Of a DNA stretch of 64,000 bases, positions 1-7,834 are shown piece by piece. The stretch's first letter is position 1. The number at the start of each line of letters is the position of its first letter. Under the pieces are notes generated by a model. It searched no databases, was not told the origin of the DNA, and saw only the letters and a program-made list of their open reading frames with translations. Position numbers and translations under genes: made by a program. The DNA is from a virus: IMG/VR virus record IMGVR_UViG_3300050821_001343, positions 1 through 64,000 of that record, one strand, 5' to 3'.

Positions 1-263
1 AATTCTGGTAAGCAACATGGGTCGGAACAGCCTTGATGTGCAGCCGTCCTACTGGCATTCGATCCTCCAGAAGCATTCTTCTCTGGCTCTGGGGTTCCTG
101 CAAATCCATCAGCTTGTGACAATGGGTGTTGCGCGTTGGCACCGGGCCATTGACTATTAGCTGCTATCACAAAGCAGTCTGGTAGATGCGATTGTCCGAA
201 ACTGACCCCGAAACTGCCCTCACATGCGGGGCAGCGTTTTAGCTCTTTTGCATTGAAACTCAT
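1..263 (-). CDS. hypothetical protein, 3' partial (MSFNAKELKRCPACEG...)
   Basis: ATG at 263 preceded by GGAG; frame open to the window edge; CxxC motif. Confidence 0.5.
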   Translation of the reverse strand, partial: MSFNAKELKRCPACEGSFGVSFGQSHLPDCFVIAANSQWPGANAQHPLSQADGFAGTPEPEKNASGGSNASRTAAHQGCSDPCCLPE

Positions 264-392
264 TTGATTCTCCATTCCAGACCATACTATCACAGGTCTT
301 GCCGAATTGTCAAGCACAATTTGCAGAACAGGCGCAAATAACTCGGCAGCGCCGTGCTCAGATCGGGCAACTCATGCCCACACTCGTGGCAG

Positions 393-1433
393 TTAGTCGG
401 ACTTAGCGTTTCTGAATTTTCGTCCGGTTGACTCCTCTTCCACTTTGAGTGCCGGACTGGGTGCTGGCTGTGGTTCGACATTTGTAATTACTCCTTCATT
501 GGCATAATCTTTGTACTGTGCGATATTCGCGTTCGCCACTGGCGGGAAACCTTTCGGCATGGTAGCCTTCAAGTTCTCCACAAACTTTTTGTCATAATGC
601 TGTTTCAACGCAGCAGTTGTACTGGGGAACTCTTTAACAACTGCCTGCGCCATTTCCTGCTTAGTGCCGGTCCACTTCTGACTGCATACTGCGCACATCC
701 ATGCACAGGTGCCAGTCGCCGTTTGATGTGTTACAAATCCATTGGTATGCTGGCACTTCGTAGCTTTATCTGGCACCGGGGAATTCTTAAGCGTCTCCTC
801 TGGATGTTCCCCGAATAACTTAGCGTACAGCTTGGCGAATTTACTCTTTGCTTGCTGCGGAGCAGCATTCTCAACGTCCTGTTCGTTCTTGGCTTGTACA
901 GCCTCTAACGCCTTCTTGATTTCCTTTTGCTTGTCAGTGTCTACAAACAGATTGGTCTTCGACTTGACAGCCGGGAGCGTTGTAATCGGTCCCATGTAGT
1001 TTGTTGTTTTGGCCCGTTGCTGACCCAAGGCACAGTAGCATGGATACTCACTACCATCAAAGTCGGACTGCCGAACCCCATTTATACAATCAGGACATTC
1101 TTCTTGGACAATCACTCCCTCTGCAATCTGTTTGTAGCTCATATTATCGTACTTACCCATCCACTTCTTTGCTTGCTCCTCCATAACTTCAAAAGCTTTT
1201 ATCTTTGTACGAAGACTTTCGATTTGCTCGGTCAACGCATCAACTCGTGCAGGATCGTACAGCTTCTTAATTATGATCCCACGGGCCGCTTCAAGTATAG
1301 CCAATTCTCGATAATCACCTTTCTTATCGAGAATATAATCTAGCTCAGTAGTAGACAAAGGAGATGTTACATCCGGGTAAATGAGGACGTTGACATGGGC
1401 CTGAATTTCACTCCGTTCTTGAGTTGTTGGCAT
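393..1433 (-). CDS. hypothetical protein with Cys/Zn-finger motifs
   Basis: 346-aa ORF; CPDC..CYC and C-H..CAVC motifs. Confidence 0.75.
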   Translation of the reverse strand: MPTTQERSEIQAHVNVLIYPDVTSPLSTTELDYILDKKGDYRELAILEAARGIIIKKLYDPARVDALTEQIESLRTKIKAFEVMEEQAKKWMGKYDNMSYKQIAEGVIVQEECPDCINGVRQSDFDGSEYPCYCALGQQRAKTTNYMGPITTLPAVKSKTNLFVDTDKQKEIKKALEAVQAKNEQDVENAAPQQAKSKFAKLYAKLFGEHPEETLKNSPVPDKATKCQHTNGFVTHQTATGTCAWMCAVCSQKWTGTKQEMAQAVVKEFPSTTAALKQHYDKKFVENLKATMPKGFPPVANANIAQYKDYANEGVITNVEPQPAPSPALKVEEESTGRKFRNAKSD

Positions 1434-1887
1434 ATCGAAATCTGCGCCCCTGTGGTTCCGCTTCTTGCTCTTTCAATTCCGCACTGCCGTCATGTCGGTG
1501 CTTGTCACAGAAGATTCCGAATTCGACCCACGCTTCAGATTGAACTGTCGGGTCGGTCATAATGAAATCCGTAAGTTCTTGCACCTGTCCACAACTGTTA
1601 CAACGTGCCCGATACTCAGTAGAAACTCCAAACGGCATCATGAATGCTTGTAACAAAACGTTGAAGTTCGACATTTTTGCAACCCAATGTAAAACTTCTT
1701 GGCTTACGGATACCCCACCGCGCCCTTTCATGATAATTAACTCTCCCATCAGATCAACTACCTGCCCTTCACTGCCGTCATTTTCGATGTAGTTCGTTTC
1801 GATTAACTCTACCAGAGACTTTGCCATCGACTTCGACATTTCATTCCCTATCGCAATTAGCTCTGGAGGAATGATAGGCGTATACAT
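1408..1887 (-). CDS. hypothetical protein (CxxC...CxxH)
   Basis: 159-aa ORF coupled to its neighbours. Confidence 0.7.
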   Translation of the reverse strand: MYTPIIPPELIAIGNEMSKSMAKSLVELIETNYIENDGSEGQVVDLMGELIIMKGRGGVSVSQEVLHWVAKMSNFNVLLQAFMMPFGVSTEYRARCNSCGQVQELTDFIMTDPTVQSEAWVEFGIFCDKHRHDGSAELKEQEAEPQGRRFRYANNSRTE

Positions 1888-2603
1888 TACTTCTCCAATT
1901 CAATTAGCACCGGCTCGTTTACTGGGTTGTACTGTTCATTGCAAATACTCACGTTGTAGAAGTGAGTTACCTTCGGGGCGTAGTAATCAAGACTCTTGTC
2001 GTGTCCGTAGCTGCCATGGATGTGTCCGAAGATATGAACCTTGGGACTAATTCTGTCAACAATTTTCCGCAACTCTTCGCAGCCGCAATGCTCGGACGGA
2101 TGAACGATCAATTGACTGCTCCAATTGGATGATTGCGCAGTTGGTATGGCCTGATCTAAAACACCATTCGGCGGTCCGTGCGTAATCAATACGTCCGTGC
2201 CTTCCGGTATCCGGTCCCAATGCCTCTTGATCGGCTCTCCTCGGTCAACATTAAACGCCCAATCATAAAAACGTGGCTGGTAAGGACTGCCCCAGAATTT
2301 GAACCCATTGATAGTAACCTCGCTATCTTGAAGATAATAAAATTGGCCTTTTAGACCGAACCCTTCAAATTGAGCAAGACAGGTGCTAAGAGAATGTTCC
2401 ATGAAAATGTCGTGGTTGCCTGCAATGAGAATCTTGTGTGCGTGGGGTAGATTTGAAAACCAATTAGCGAAGTCCACTACTTCAGAAAACTTTCTCCCAC
2501 AGGTCATGAAGTCTCCTCCATACACTAACACGTCCGCATCTGGTACAGTGACTTCCCGATGGTTCCCGTGTGTGTCAGAGAGTGCTGCGATAGTCAGCTT
2601 CAT
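1887..2603 (-). CDS. calcineurin-like metallophosphoesterase
   Basis: DTHG, GD, GNHD, THGPP and GHIH motifs; start set at MKLTIAALSD. Confidence 0.9.
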   Translation of the reverse strand: MKLTIAALSDTHGNHREVTVPDADVLVYGGDFMTCGRKFSEVVDFANWFSNLPHAHKILIAGNHDIFMEHSLSTCLAQFEGFGLKGQFYYLQDSEVTINGFKFWGSPYQPRFYDWAFNVDRGEPIKRHWDRIPEGTDVLITHGPPNGVLDQAIPTAQSSNWSSQLIVHPSEHCGCEELRKIVDRISPKVHIFGHIHGSYGHDKSLDYYAPKVTHFYNVSICNEQYNPVNEPVLIELEK

Positions 2604-2916
2604 CTTTTTCCCTTTCGTCAGGTTCCTGTGCCAATTTAACCATCGCGGCATGACCTACAAGCGCAGCTTCATGGCTCGTATACCTATCTTGCGCCTGATC
2701 GTACCGACCACCAAAGATCATTGTCTCCCAGAGCACCGGAGGACCGCCTGCTTCAAAGCTGTGATCTAGAACTAAAAAGATCGTACTGACTCGTACCCCG
2801 TTCGGCAACTTAGTGTATGCAACTCTACGATTATGAGCAGTTCCCCATTTCCAAGCATCCATAGGATTGTCTTGTAAGATTGGTGTGTTATTCTCATCAA
2901 GTATGTAGCAGTTCAC
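2575..2916 (-). CDS. hypothetical phage protein
   Basis: 113 aa; VSTIFL.LDH..P.LWETMIFGG..RY motif typical of small phage proteins. Confidence 0.75.
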   Translation of the reverse strand: MNCYILDENNTPILQDNPMDAWKWGTAHNRRVAYTKLPNGVRVSTIFLVLDHSFEAGGPPVLWETMIFGGRYDQAQDRYTSHEAALVGHAAMVKLAQEPDEREKDEADYRSTL

Positions 2917-3107
2917 AATCCTCCCACCTTCCAGTTTCGGTGTACGTTGTGATACTCGGTTGTGGAGTCTTTATAGACTTCTTGGATATACCATAGACCA
3001 TCCACTCCGTCCATTCGAATCAGCCATCCTTTCTTGGCGAACTCGGCGTCGATGTAGGCAATTGTTTCACGATTGTCAAACACGAGTTTGCATTGTGTGA
3101 TCTTCAT
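2913..3107 (-). CDS. hypothetical protein
   Basis: MKITQCK...; stop overlaps the next start. Confidence 0.6.
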   Translation of the reverse strand: MKITQCKLVFDNRETIAYIDAEFAKKGWLIRMDGVDGLWYIQEVYKDSTTEYHNVHRNWKVGGL

Positions 3108-3252
3108 TAGCTTTAATCTCCTGATCTTGTGTGTACCATTCACGTCCAAAGCAATCTTTATGTGGCCCAATGTGTCCCGCCATTTTTACACACCCGGCAT
3201 GTTGATCGGACGCTTCTCCGCTACCGAAAAAATCACAATCAGCAAAACTCAT
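3076..3252 (-). CDS. small hypothetical protein
   Basis: ATGA overlap with the upstream stop; C..GHIGPH motif. Confidence 0.5.
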   Translation of the reverse strand: MSFADCDFFGSGEASDQHAGCVKMAGHIGPHKDCFGREWYTQDQEIKANEDHTMQTRV

Positions 3253-3887
3253 CTTAGCTCCATCGGTGCAGTACACTTCGCACAAGTTTTTGGGTTACTA
3301 TCATCAGCGTGGAAGTTGTTATCGCACTTCGTACACCGAAAGCGTTTCCCGTCAAATTTCGCAATCTTCTCCTGCATATAGGCATGAATCGCGTCAAGCG
3401 AAATAGGTAAAAAATTTTGGGCGTCTACTCCCACGTCCATAGAAAGCGAACCGTCTTCGGGTAGGTTATTGTGTGTGTGCCCATAAAGATGATAGGCTCC
3501 CCGATGACTGCCGTGCCACACTCTGTGAGCATAGTGGCTCAACCAAATGTGCGGATACCCTTTTATTTTCAAATTCTCAACATCACGCACCCAGATGAAA
3601 GATTCTCGCAACTCTTTGTCACGCATTCTCTCCTCATGATTTCCAAGGATGTAGTAATGCTGGCCGTTAAGCCGGTAGCGAATCGCAAGTGCCTCTTCTA
3701 GCGATGTAGTACGCCAGAACATGTCTCCAAGGTGGATCACTCGATCCCCCGGCCTCACAACCGAGTTGTGGCGCTCAATTAGACCTTCTCTCATTTCCTC
3801 TGTATTGGCAAATGGACGATTACAGAACGTGATGATATTCGCGTGTCCATAATGCTCGTCGCTGGTAGCCCAAACGTTATCCGACAT
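3249..3887 (-). CDS. phage metallophosphoesterase with C-terminal Zn ribbon
   Basis: SDEHYGH, LGD, GNHE, HY and GHTH motifs; CTKC..CAKC tail. Confidence 0.9.
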   Translation of the reverse strand: MSDNVWATSDEHYGHANIITFCNRPFANTEEMREGLIERHNSVVRPGDRVIHLGDMFWRTTSLEEALAIRYRLNGQHYYILGNHEERMRDKELRESFIWVRDVENLKIKGYPHIWLSHYAHRVWHGSHRGAYHLYGHTHNNLPEDGSLSMDVGVDAQNFLPISLDAIHAYMQEKIAKFDGKRFRCTKCDNNFHADDSNPKTCAKCTAPMELR

Positions 3888-4097
3888 TCAATACTCTTTC
3901 ACAATTTCAGCTTCCAGTGGGTCTTCAATCCAATTATAGGTTAAAGGACTGGTGTTGGATACATAGGCGTACTTGTCCACGACTTTTACATGGCGTGGGA
4001 AGTCCGGTAGTCCTCCGTCTAGTAGAAATGGCACCTTGATTAGAGCTATTTTCGATCCGGCTCCATCGACTAGATACGCGGTTAGAAACTTGTCCAT
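3888..4097 (-). CDS. hypothetical protein
   Basis: MDKFLTAY...; abuts its neighbours. Confidence 0.55.
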   Translation of the reverse strand: MDKFLTAYLVDGAGSKIALIKVPFLLDGGLPDFPRHVKVVDKYAYVSNTSPLTYNWIEDPLEAEIVKEY

Positions 4098-4098
4098 A

Positions 4099-4308
4099 TT
4101 ATTTTTCCTTGTACTGTTGTGTCTTGGTCGCACAAAAACCCGCCAACTCGGAAAGGCATAGCGAGTCAAACAAAGTTCCATCGTCGGGGAAAAATGCGTA
4201 TTTCCTCCATTGTGCATACCACTTTACCAACCCAAGATATACACCATGAGAATGTACCGACCATGTTTCCGTTTTCTTCTCCGTTTCTACTATAGAAAGT
4301 GTTAACAT
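4099..4308 (-). CDS. hypothetical protein (LG.VKW...R.Y.FF family)
   Basis: AGGAG RBS; similar to the 7835-8335 protein. Confidence 0.7.
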   Translation of the reverse strand: MLTLSIVETEKKTETWSVHSHGVYLGLVKWYAQWRKYAFFPDDGTLFDSLCLSELAGFCATKTQQYKEK

Positions 4309-4321
4309 GCTGCTCCTTTCA

Positions 4322-4416
4322 TGGCGGGTGCGGTAGGATTCGAACCCACGGAACCGGGTTCTAGCCGGTTCTCTGGTTTTCAAGACCAGCGCCTTCAACC
4401 TCTCAGCCACACACCC
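4322..4416 (-). tRNA. tRNA-Ser(TGA)
   Basis: cloverleaf; anticodon arm CTGGT-CTTGAAA-ACCAG; long variable arm; G73; encoded CCA. Confidence 0.95.
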
Positions 4417-4435
4417 GTAATAAAACCCTACTGCT

Positions 4436-4464
4436 ATACTACCACAGTAGGGTTGATTTGTCAA
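4436..4464 (-). promoter_or_regulatory. sigma70-type promoter
   Basis: TTGACA-17-TAGTAT with extended TG. Confidence 0.75.
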
Positions 4465-4478
4465 GTAAATTTTGGGGC

Positions 4479-4949
4479 TTATCTACGATTCCGTCCTGCA
4501 AATGTAGAACTCTGTGAGTGGCAATTTGGACAAAGTAACTTGAGATTTTCTTTTCTATTATCCCAAAACTTTCCGTTCTCGTGATCTGGACTCAAGACAA
4601 GAGGCTTTCCATTCCAAATTGGAAGTTGTCCGCATTGAGCACACAGTTCCGGTACACCAGATTCCAATAATGCTCTTTTTAAGAGGCGACCATGTACACG
4701 GCAGTCAGTTTCTTTCCCTAACACGAACCACTCCGATGGGGTTTTCTTTTTATTACCTCCCCTATGGCCTGTTCCGCGATTAGAACCTTTGCCTAAAAAA
4801 TGTGATGTGTCGATTCCAAATTGTTTTATTTTTCTAGTAATATGAGCATGTGACCCGCCTGCATGTTTTGCTCCAAGTAGACGTAGAACCCCGGCCACTG
4901 AAAGGCTGTCAGTAACTGCTGTTTGTAAAAATTCTTTTGTGTACTTCAC
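4479..4949 (-). CDS. HNH homing endonuclease
   Basis: CAQC..DHENG...N..ENL..LCPNCH; GTG start just downstream of tRNA-Leu. Confidence 0.85.
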   Translation of the reverse strand: MKYTKEFLQTAVTDSLSVAGVLRLLGAKHAGGSHAHITRKIKQFGIDTSHFLGKGSNRGTGHRGGNKKKTPSEWFVLGKETDCRVHGRLLKRALLESGVPELCAQCGQLPIWNGKPLVLSPDHENGKFWDNRKENLKLLCPNCHSQSSTFAGRNRR

Positions 4950-4957
4950 TTTTGCCT

Positions 4958-5043
4958 TGGTCCCCAGAAGAGGATTCGAACCTCCACGCCACAAGGACAT
5001 AAGTTTCTAAAACTTACGCGGCTACCAATTACGCCATCCGGGG
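4958..5043 (-). tRNA. tRNA-Leu(TAG)
   Basis: anticodon arm TAAGT-TTTAGAA-ACTTA; long variable arm; TTCGAAT T-loop; CCA. Confidence 0.95.
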
Positions 5044-5053
5044 ACAATATTTA

Positions 5054-5141
5054 TGGTGCGTGCAGATGGATTCGAACCACCGGAGCCCTAAAAGGCGGCA
5101 GATTTACAGTCTGCTGGTTTTAACCTCTCACCCATACACGC
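5054..5141 (-). tRNA. tRNA-Tyr(GTA)
   Basis: GCAGA-CTGTAAA-TCTGC; long variable arm; CCA. Confidence 0.95.
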
Positions 5142-5145
5142 AAAA

Positions 5146-5289
5146 CTAATCTTCGTTCAAAATGTCGATTGCATAGTCCCAACCTTCCCAGTTGTCTACG
5201 CCTGCGGCTCTTAATGCTTCTAAGAATTTCGCTTCTTTTTGAAGTGACTCGTATTCTGTCTTTGGAATTGTTACTGTTTCTTCTGACAT
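5146..5289 (-). CDS. small phage protein (LEALRAAGVDNWEGW family), 47 aa
   Basis: AGGAG RBS; translated by hand; motif widespread in phages. Confidence 0.75.
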   Translation of the reverse strand: MSEETVTIPKTEYESLQKEAKFLEALRAAGVDNWEGWDYAIDILNED

Positions 5290-5303
5290 ATGTCTCCTAG
5301 AAT

Positions 5304-5381
5304 TGGTGCCAAGGGCAGGATTTGAACCTGCGATTTCTGACTTATGAGGACAGCGAACTAGACCACTGTTCCACGCTTGGC
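5304..5381 (-). tRNA. tRNA-Met/Ile2(CAT), imperfect
   Basis: CTGTC-CTCATAA-GTCAG with one U-U mismatch; bulged acceptor stem; CCA. Confidence 0.8.
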
Positions 5382-5561
5382 AATCTCTTTGTTACAAAAA
5401 TCAATGATAGACTGGTATACTGCTGTAGCAACTGAATCACGACGCCATCCATCATATTGAATACTCACTAGGGTATATGCTTTTTCGTTATCCTGTTCCG
5501 CGACCCGATTCTCAAACTCGAAAGTGAGTTTCGGGTCGCTGTTGATGATAGATGTTTTCAC
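5358..5561 (-). CDS. hypothetical protein
   Basis: GTG start after AGGAG; 3' end overlaps the tRNA(CAT). Confidence 0.55.
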   Translation of the reverse strand: MKTSIINSDPKLTFEFENRVAEQDNEKAYTLVSIQYDGWRRDSVATAVYQSIIDFCNKEIAKRGTVV

Positions 5562-5569
5562 GTTGCTCC

Positions 5570-5818
5570 TTATTCCTCGCTGCCGATCTTTTTGAACCAA
5601 ACACGTGGTTTTATAAGTTTGCGGCGATAATCCGTCCATTCACAAAACCATATCAGACCGGCTGCAACTGGAGATGCCACTGGTATTAATGATAGTATGA
5701 AAAACAACACAATGTCGGTCGTATTTACATCATCATAGAAACGTGATGCCTGTATAAATATGCCCCAACTTAGTACAAGTTGTACAACATATACTACTAT
5801 CAGCAAAGCAGTAATCAT
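5570..5818 (-). CDS. small membrane protein
   Basis: two hydrophobic segments. Confidence 0.65.
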   Translation of the reverse strand: MITALLIVVYVVQLVLSWGIFIQASRFYDDVNTTDIVLFFILSLIPVASPVAAGLIWFCEWTDYRRKLIKPRVWFKKIGSEE

Positions 5819-5828
5819 TTCGTCCCTT

Positions 5829-6011
5829 TCAGAAGTTTCTTGCACAGCCCCATTGGAATTTTGCCGGGGCTGCTAGTTGGCGTTCCATCTGTACTGCTGC
5901 GGTGTCGCCTTCTTCTTGACAATCACAGTACACAGGACTAGTATCCCACGATTTGCGAATTTTGTCAACTTCGGTCCCACATCTCGGACATTGATAAGTA
6001 TACAGTGACAT
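5829..6011 (-). CDS. FmdB-like zinc-ribbon protein
   Basis: MSLYTYQCPRCG...CDC...MER. Confidence 0.75.
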   Translation of the reverse strand: MSLYTYQCPRCGTEVDKIRKSWDTSPVYCDCQEEGDTAAVQMERQLAAPAKFQWGCARNF

Positions 6012-6025
6012 TCATTACCTCAAAA

Positions 6026-6113
6026 TGGTCGGGGCAGGAGGATTCGAACCTCCAGTGCTCTTAAGCTCCCGCTTCCAAAGCAGGACGGCTCCCAACTACC
6101 GTTTTACGCCCCG
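6026..6113 (-). tRNA. tRNA-Pro(TGG) with atypical long variable arm
   Basis: C1:G72 and A73; CCTGC-TTTGGAA-GCGGG; GGAGG-TTCGAAT-CCTCC; CCA. Confidence 0.85.
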
Positions 6114-6194
6114 TAGTGAGGATTCGAGGCTACTACCACGGCGCTGCTATCCTCTGAGCAGATTCTTTGCCGTAAGTTGTTTAGCCTCCAAGCT

Positions 6195-6270
6195 TGGGGT
6201 AGCGTTGGGAATCGAACCCTCCGACCGGAGTCACAGTCCAGTCCAACGAGCCAATAGTTGCTACGCTACC
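6195..6270 (-). tRNA. tRNA-His(GTG), weak T-stem
   Basis: CTGGA-CTGTGAC-TCCGG; GGTAGCG/CGCTACC acceptor; CCA. Confidence 0.75.
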
Positions 6271-6273
6271 ACG

Positions 6274-6798
6274 TTAATCGTGATTGTACTCTTCTACTTC
6301 GATCTTCGGGCTGTCTTGTCCACGTGTGACAATCACTTGTACGTGATCGCCGAACATCGCCAAAAAATCATCGTCACTCAAAAGATTCAAAAACTCAGAC
6401 ACAGCTTTGTTGGCTTTATTTTTGGCAATGGCCTCTGGTGTGTGGGACTTGGGTACACATTTGGTCTTCCGAACCTGACGTTCGACTCCTCGCCAGTCTT
6501 TTTGAGTTTCATATCCATCGGCAACGTAGTCAAACTCGTTGAAATAGAACTCTTCAAGTTCCTCGTCATTTCCATACTGAATCTCTGGGTAATCAGTACG
6601 GGCTTCGAATTCACACGTATCCCCGTCATTGAAGTATGGAGTATACTGCTTCCATGAAAATGCTTTTAGGTCTGGAAACTCGGTGAACAGGTTGGCTACG
6701 GCCTCGATGAATAATGCCTTCCCAGTGGCTTGGATTTCTTTTGCCAATTCGTTCCGTCTTTCCTTGAACGATTTCAACTTCTCGATGGCTGTGCTCAT
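6274..6798 (-). CDS. conserved phage protein (WKQYTPYFNDGD.CEF)
   Basis: 174-aa ORF; motif recurrent in phages; adjacent to the DUF6915-like gene. Confidence 0.8.
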   Translation of the reverse strand: MSTAIEKLKSFKERRNELAKEIQATGKALFIEAVANLFTEFPDLKAFSWKQYTPYFNDGDTCEFEARTDYPEIQYGNDEELEEFYFNEFDYVADGYETQKDWRGVERQVRKTKCVPKSHTPEAIAKNKANKAVSEFLNLLSDDDFLAMFGDHVQVIVTRGQDSPKIEVEEYNHD

Positions 6799-7194
6799 AA
6801 CTCTACGGTTCTCCTCTCAGTTTTCTTGACCAGTTTTCCGAATGATGGCGGTGCGCCTCTACCCATGACCATCCACTCTTTCAGTTCTATTTCCTGAAGA
6901 TAGTCTTGCGCCGATGGAATGAATCTTCCACCAAAGTCTTCTAGGATGTGTTGCTCTCCAATATCTCTTACGGACACCAAACGGCCATTAGAGTTGGTAA
7001 TGTTGTGTCCAAAAATCTTCTCAAGGATCACTGACAGGAACCATGAGTTATGTGTCAGCGCCCGGTGCCCGGTGCCTGCTGTCAGCAATTGTTCCCTTAG
7101 ATGCATCCATCAAATCGTGAATGGGCAAATAGTCCTCCGGGACTCCTCCCCATTTCTTAGCCGATGAAATCGCGTGAATGTACGGCTTTGACAT
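6795..7194 (-). pseudogene. DUF6915-like gene frameshifted by a 7-bp duplication
   Basis: MSKPYIHAISSAKKWGG.PEDY.PIH...RHRA | LTHNSWF..RDIGEQHILED; duplicated GCACCGG at 7062-7075. Confidence 0.75.
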
Positions 7195-7211
7195 TTGACC
7201 CTTTCGATCAA

Positions 7212-7635
7212 TGGGGACACCGAAGTGCCCCCTTCTGTTTCCAAGCCTATGAATTAGGCTCAGGCGATTAAGCCAGTACAAGGTCATTGCTACGAACCAC
7301 GCCGTCTTTCGACACCGGGATTGCAGCAATCATCTTGTCATAAATGCTTGTGGCATTTACTTATTTGACTCTCGTTACGGTGAGCATCATTTCCGGCATG
7401 TCCATAACACTTTACCAATACTGTCGAATCTTGTCAGGCCCAAATTGATAGCCGGTAGGCTTTCTAGGTACAGTCTTACTCGCCTTCTCTCAGATCGGGC
7501 GCAATCACTGTACCGTGAGGCACTCCCGATAATTCCGGCTAACTTCGTACTACAAAACTTGGTGGACCTGCCGGTATATGCTAACCGGGTCCAATATCAA
7601 TGCGATGTACTTCATACATGCTTAACTTAAACGTA
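7212..7635 (-). ncRNA. ssrA: circularly permuted (two-piece) tmRNA
   Basis: acceptor piece TAAGCATGTA...GGACCCGG..CCGGCAGGTCCACCA (ends at 7560) precedes the 5' piece GGGCCTGACAAGATTCGAC (starts at 7441); G3-U70 pair; tag ORF at 7354-7268; outer boundaries approximate. Confidence 0.9.
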
Positions 7636-7639
7636 TTGT

Positions 7640-7825
7640 TTACAGCTTGCCTTTAAGGTCTGCTTCAACGGCTGCTACAACTGACTTTACCTTTGAAACA
7701 AAACCGGGAACCTTTGCTTCTAGAGCCGTGGCATCATCCTGAACCTTTGCGCGAAACAATGCATTGGTAACATACTCATACACGGTTGCTGCGAAGAGTC
7801 CTACAACTGCGATTTCAAGAATCAT
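7640..7825 (-). CDS. small membrane-anchored protein
   Basis: AGGAG RBS; N-terminal TM segment. Confidence 0.65.
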   Translation of the reverse strand: MILEIAVVGLFAATVYEYVTNALFRAKVQDDATALEAKVPGFVSKVKSVVAAVEADLKGKL

Positions 7826-7834
7826 GTGTCTCCT

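Noticed and set aside
290-481. Zn-finger-like small ORF
   Set aside because: Largely overlaps the 393-1433 gene and has no ATG at the plausible coupled start (ACG), so it cannot be supported.
6025-6657. 210-aa plus-strand ORF (also 4321-4584, 50472-50609 and 51574-51735)
   Set aside because: These read through tRNA genes or antisense to real CDSs.
7449-7541. Hammerhead or TPP call for the tmRNA spacer (CTGAGA, GAAA)
   Set aside because: Core CUGANGA/GAAA spacing and TPP junction sequences do not fit.
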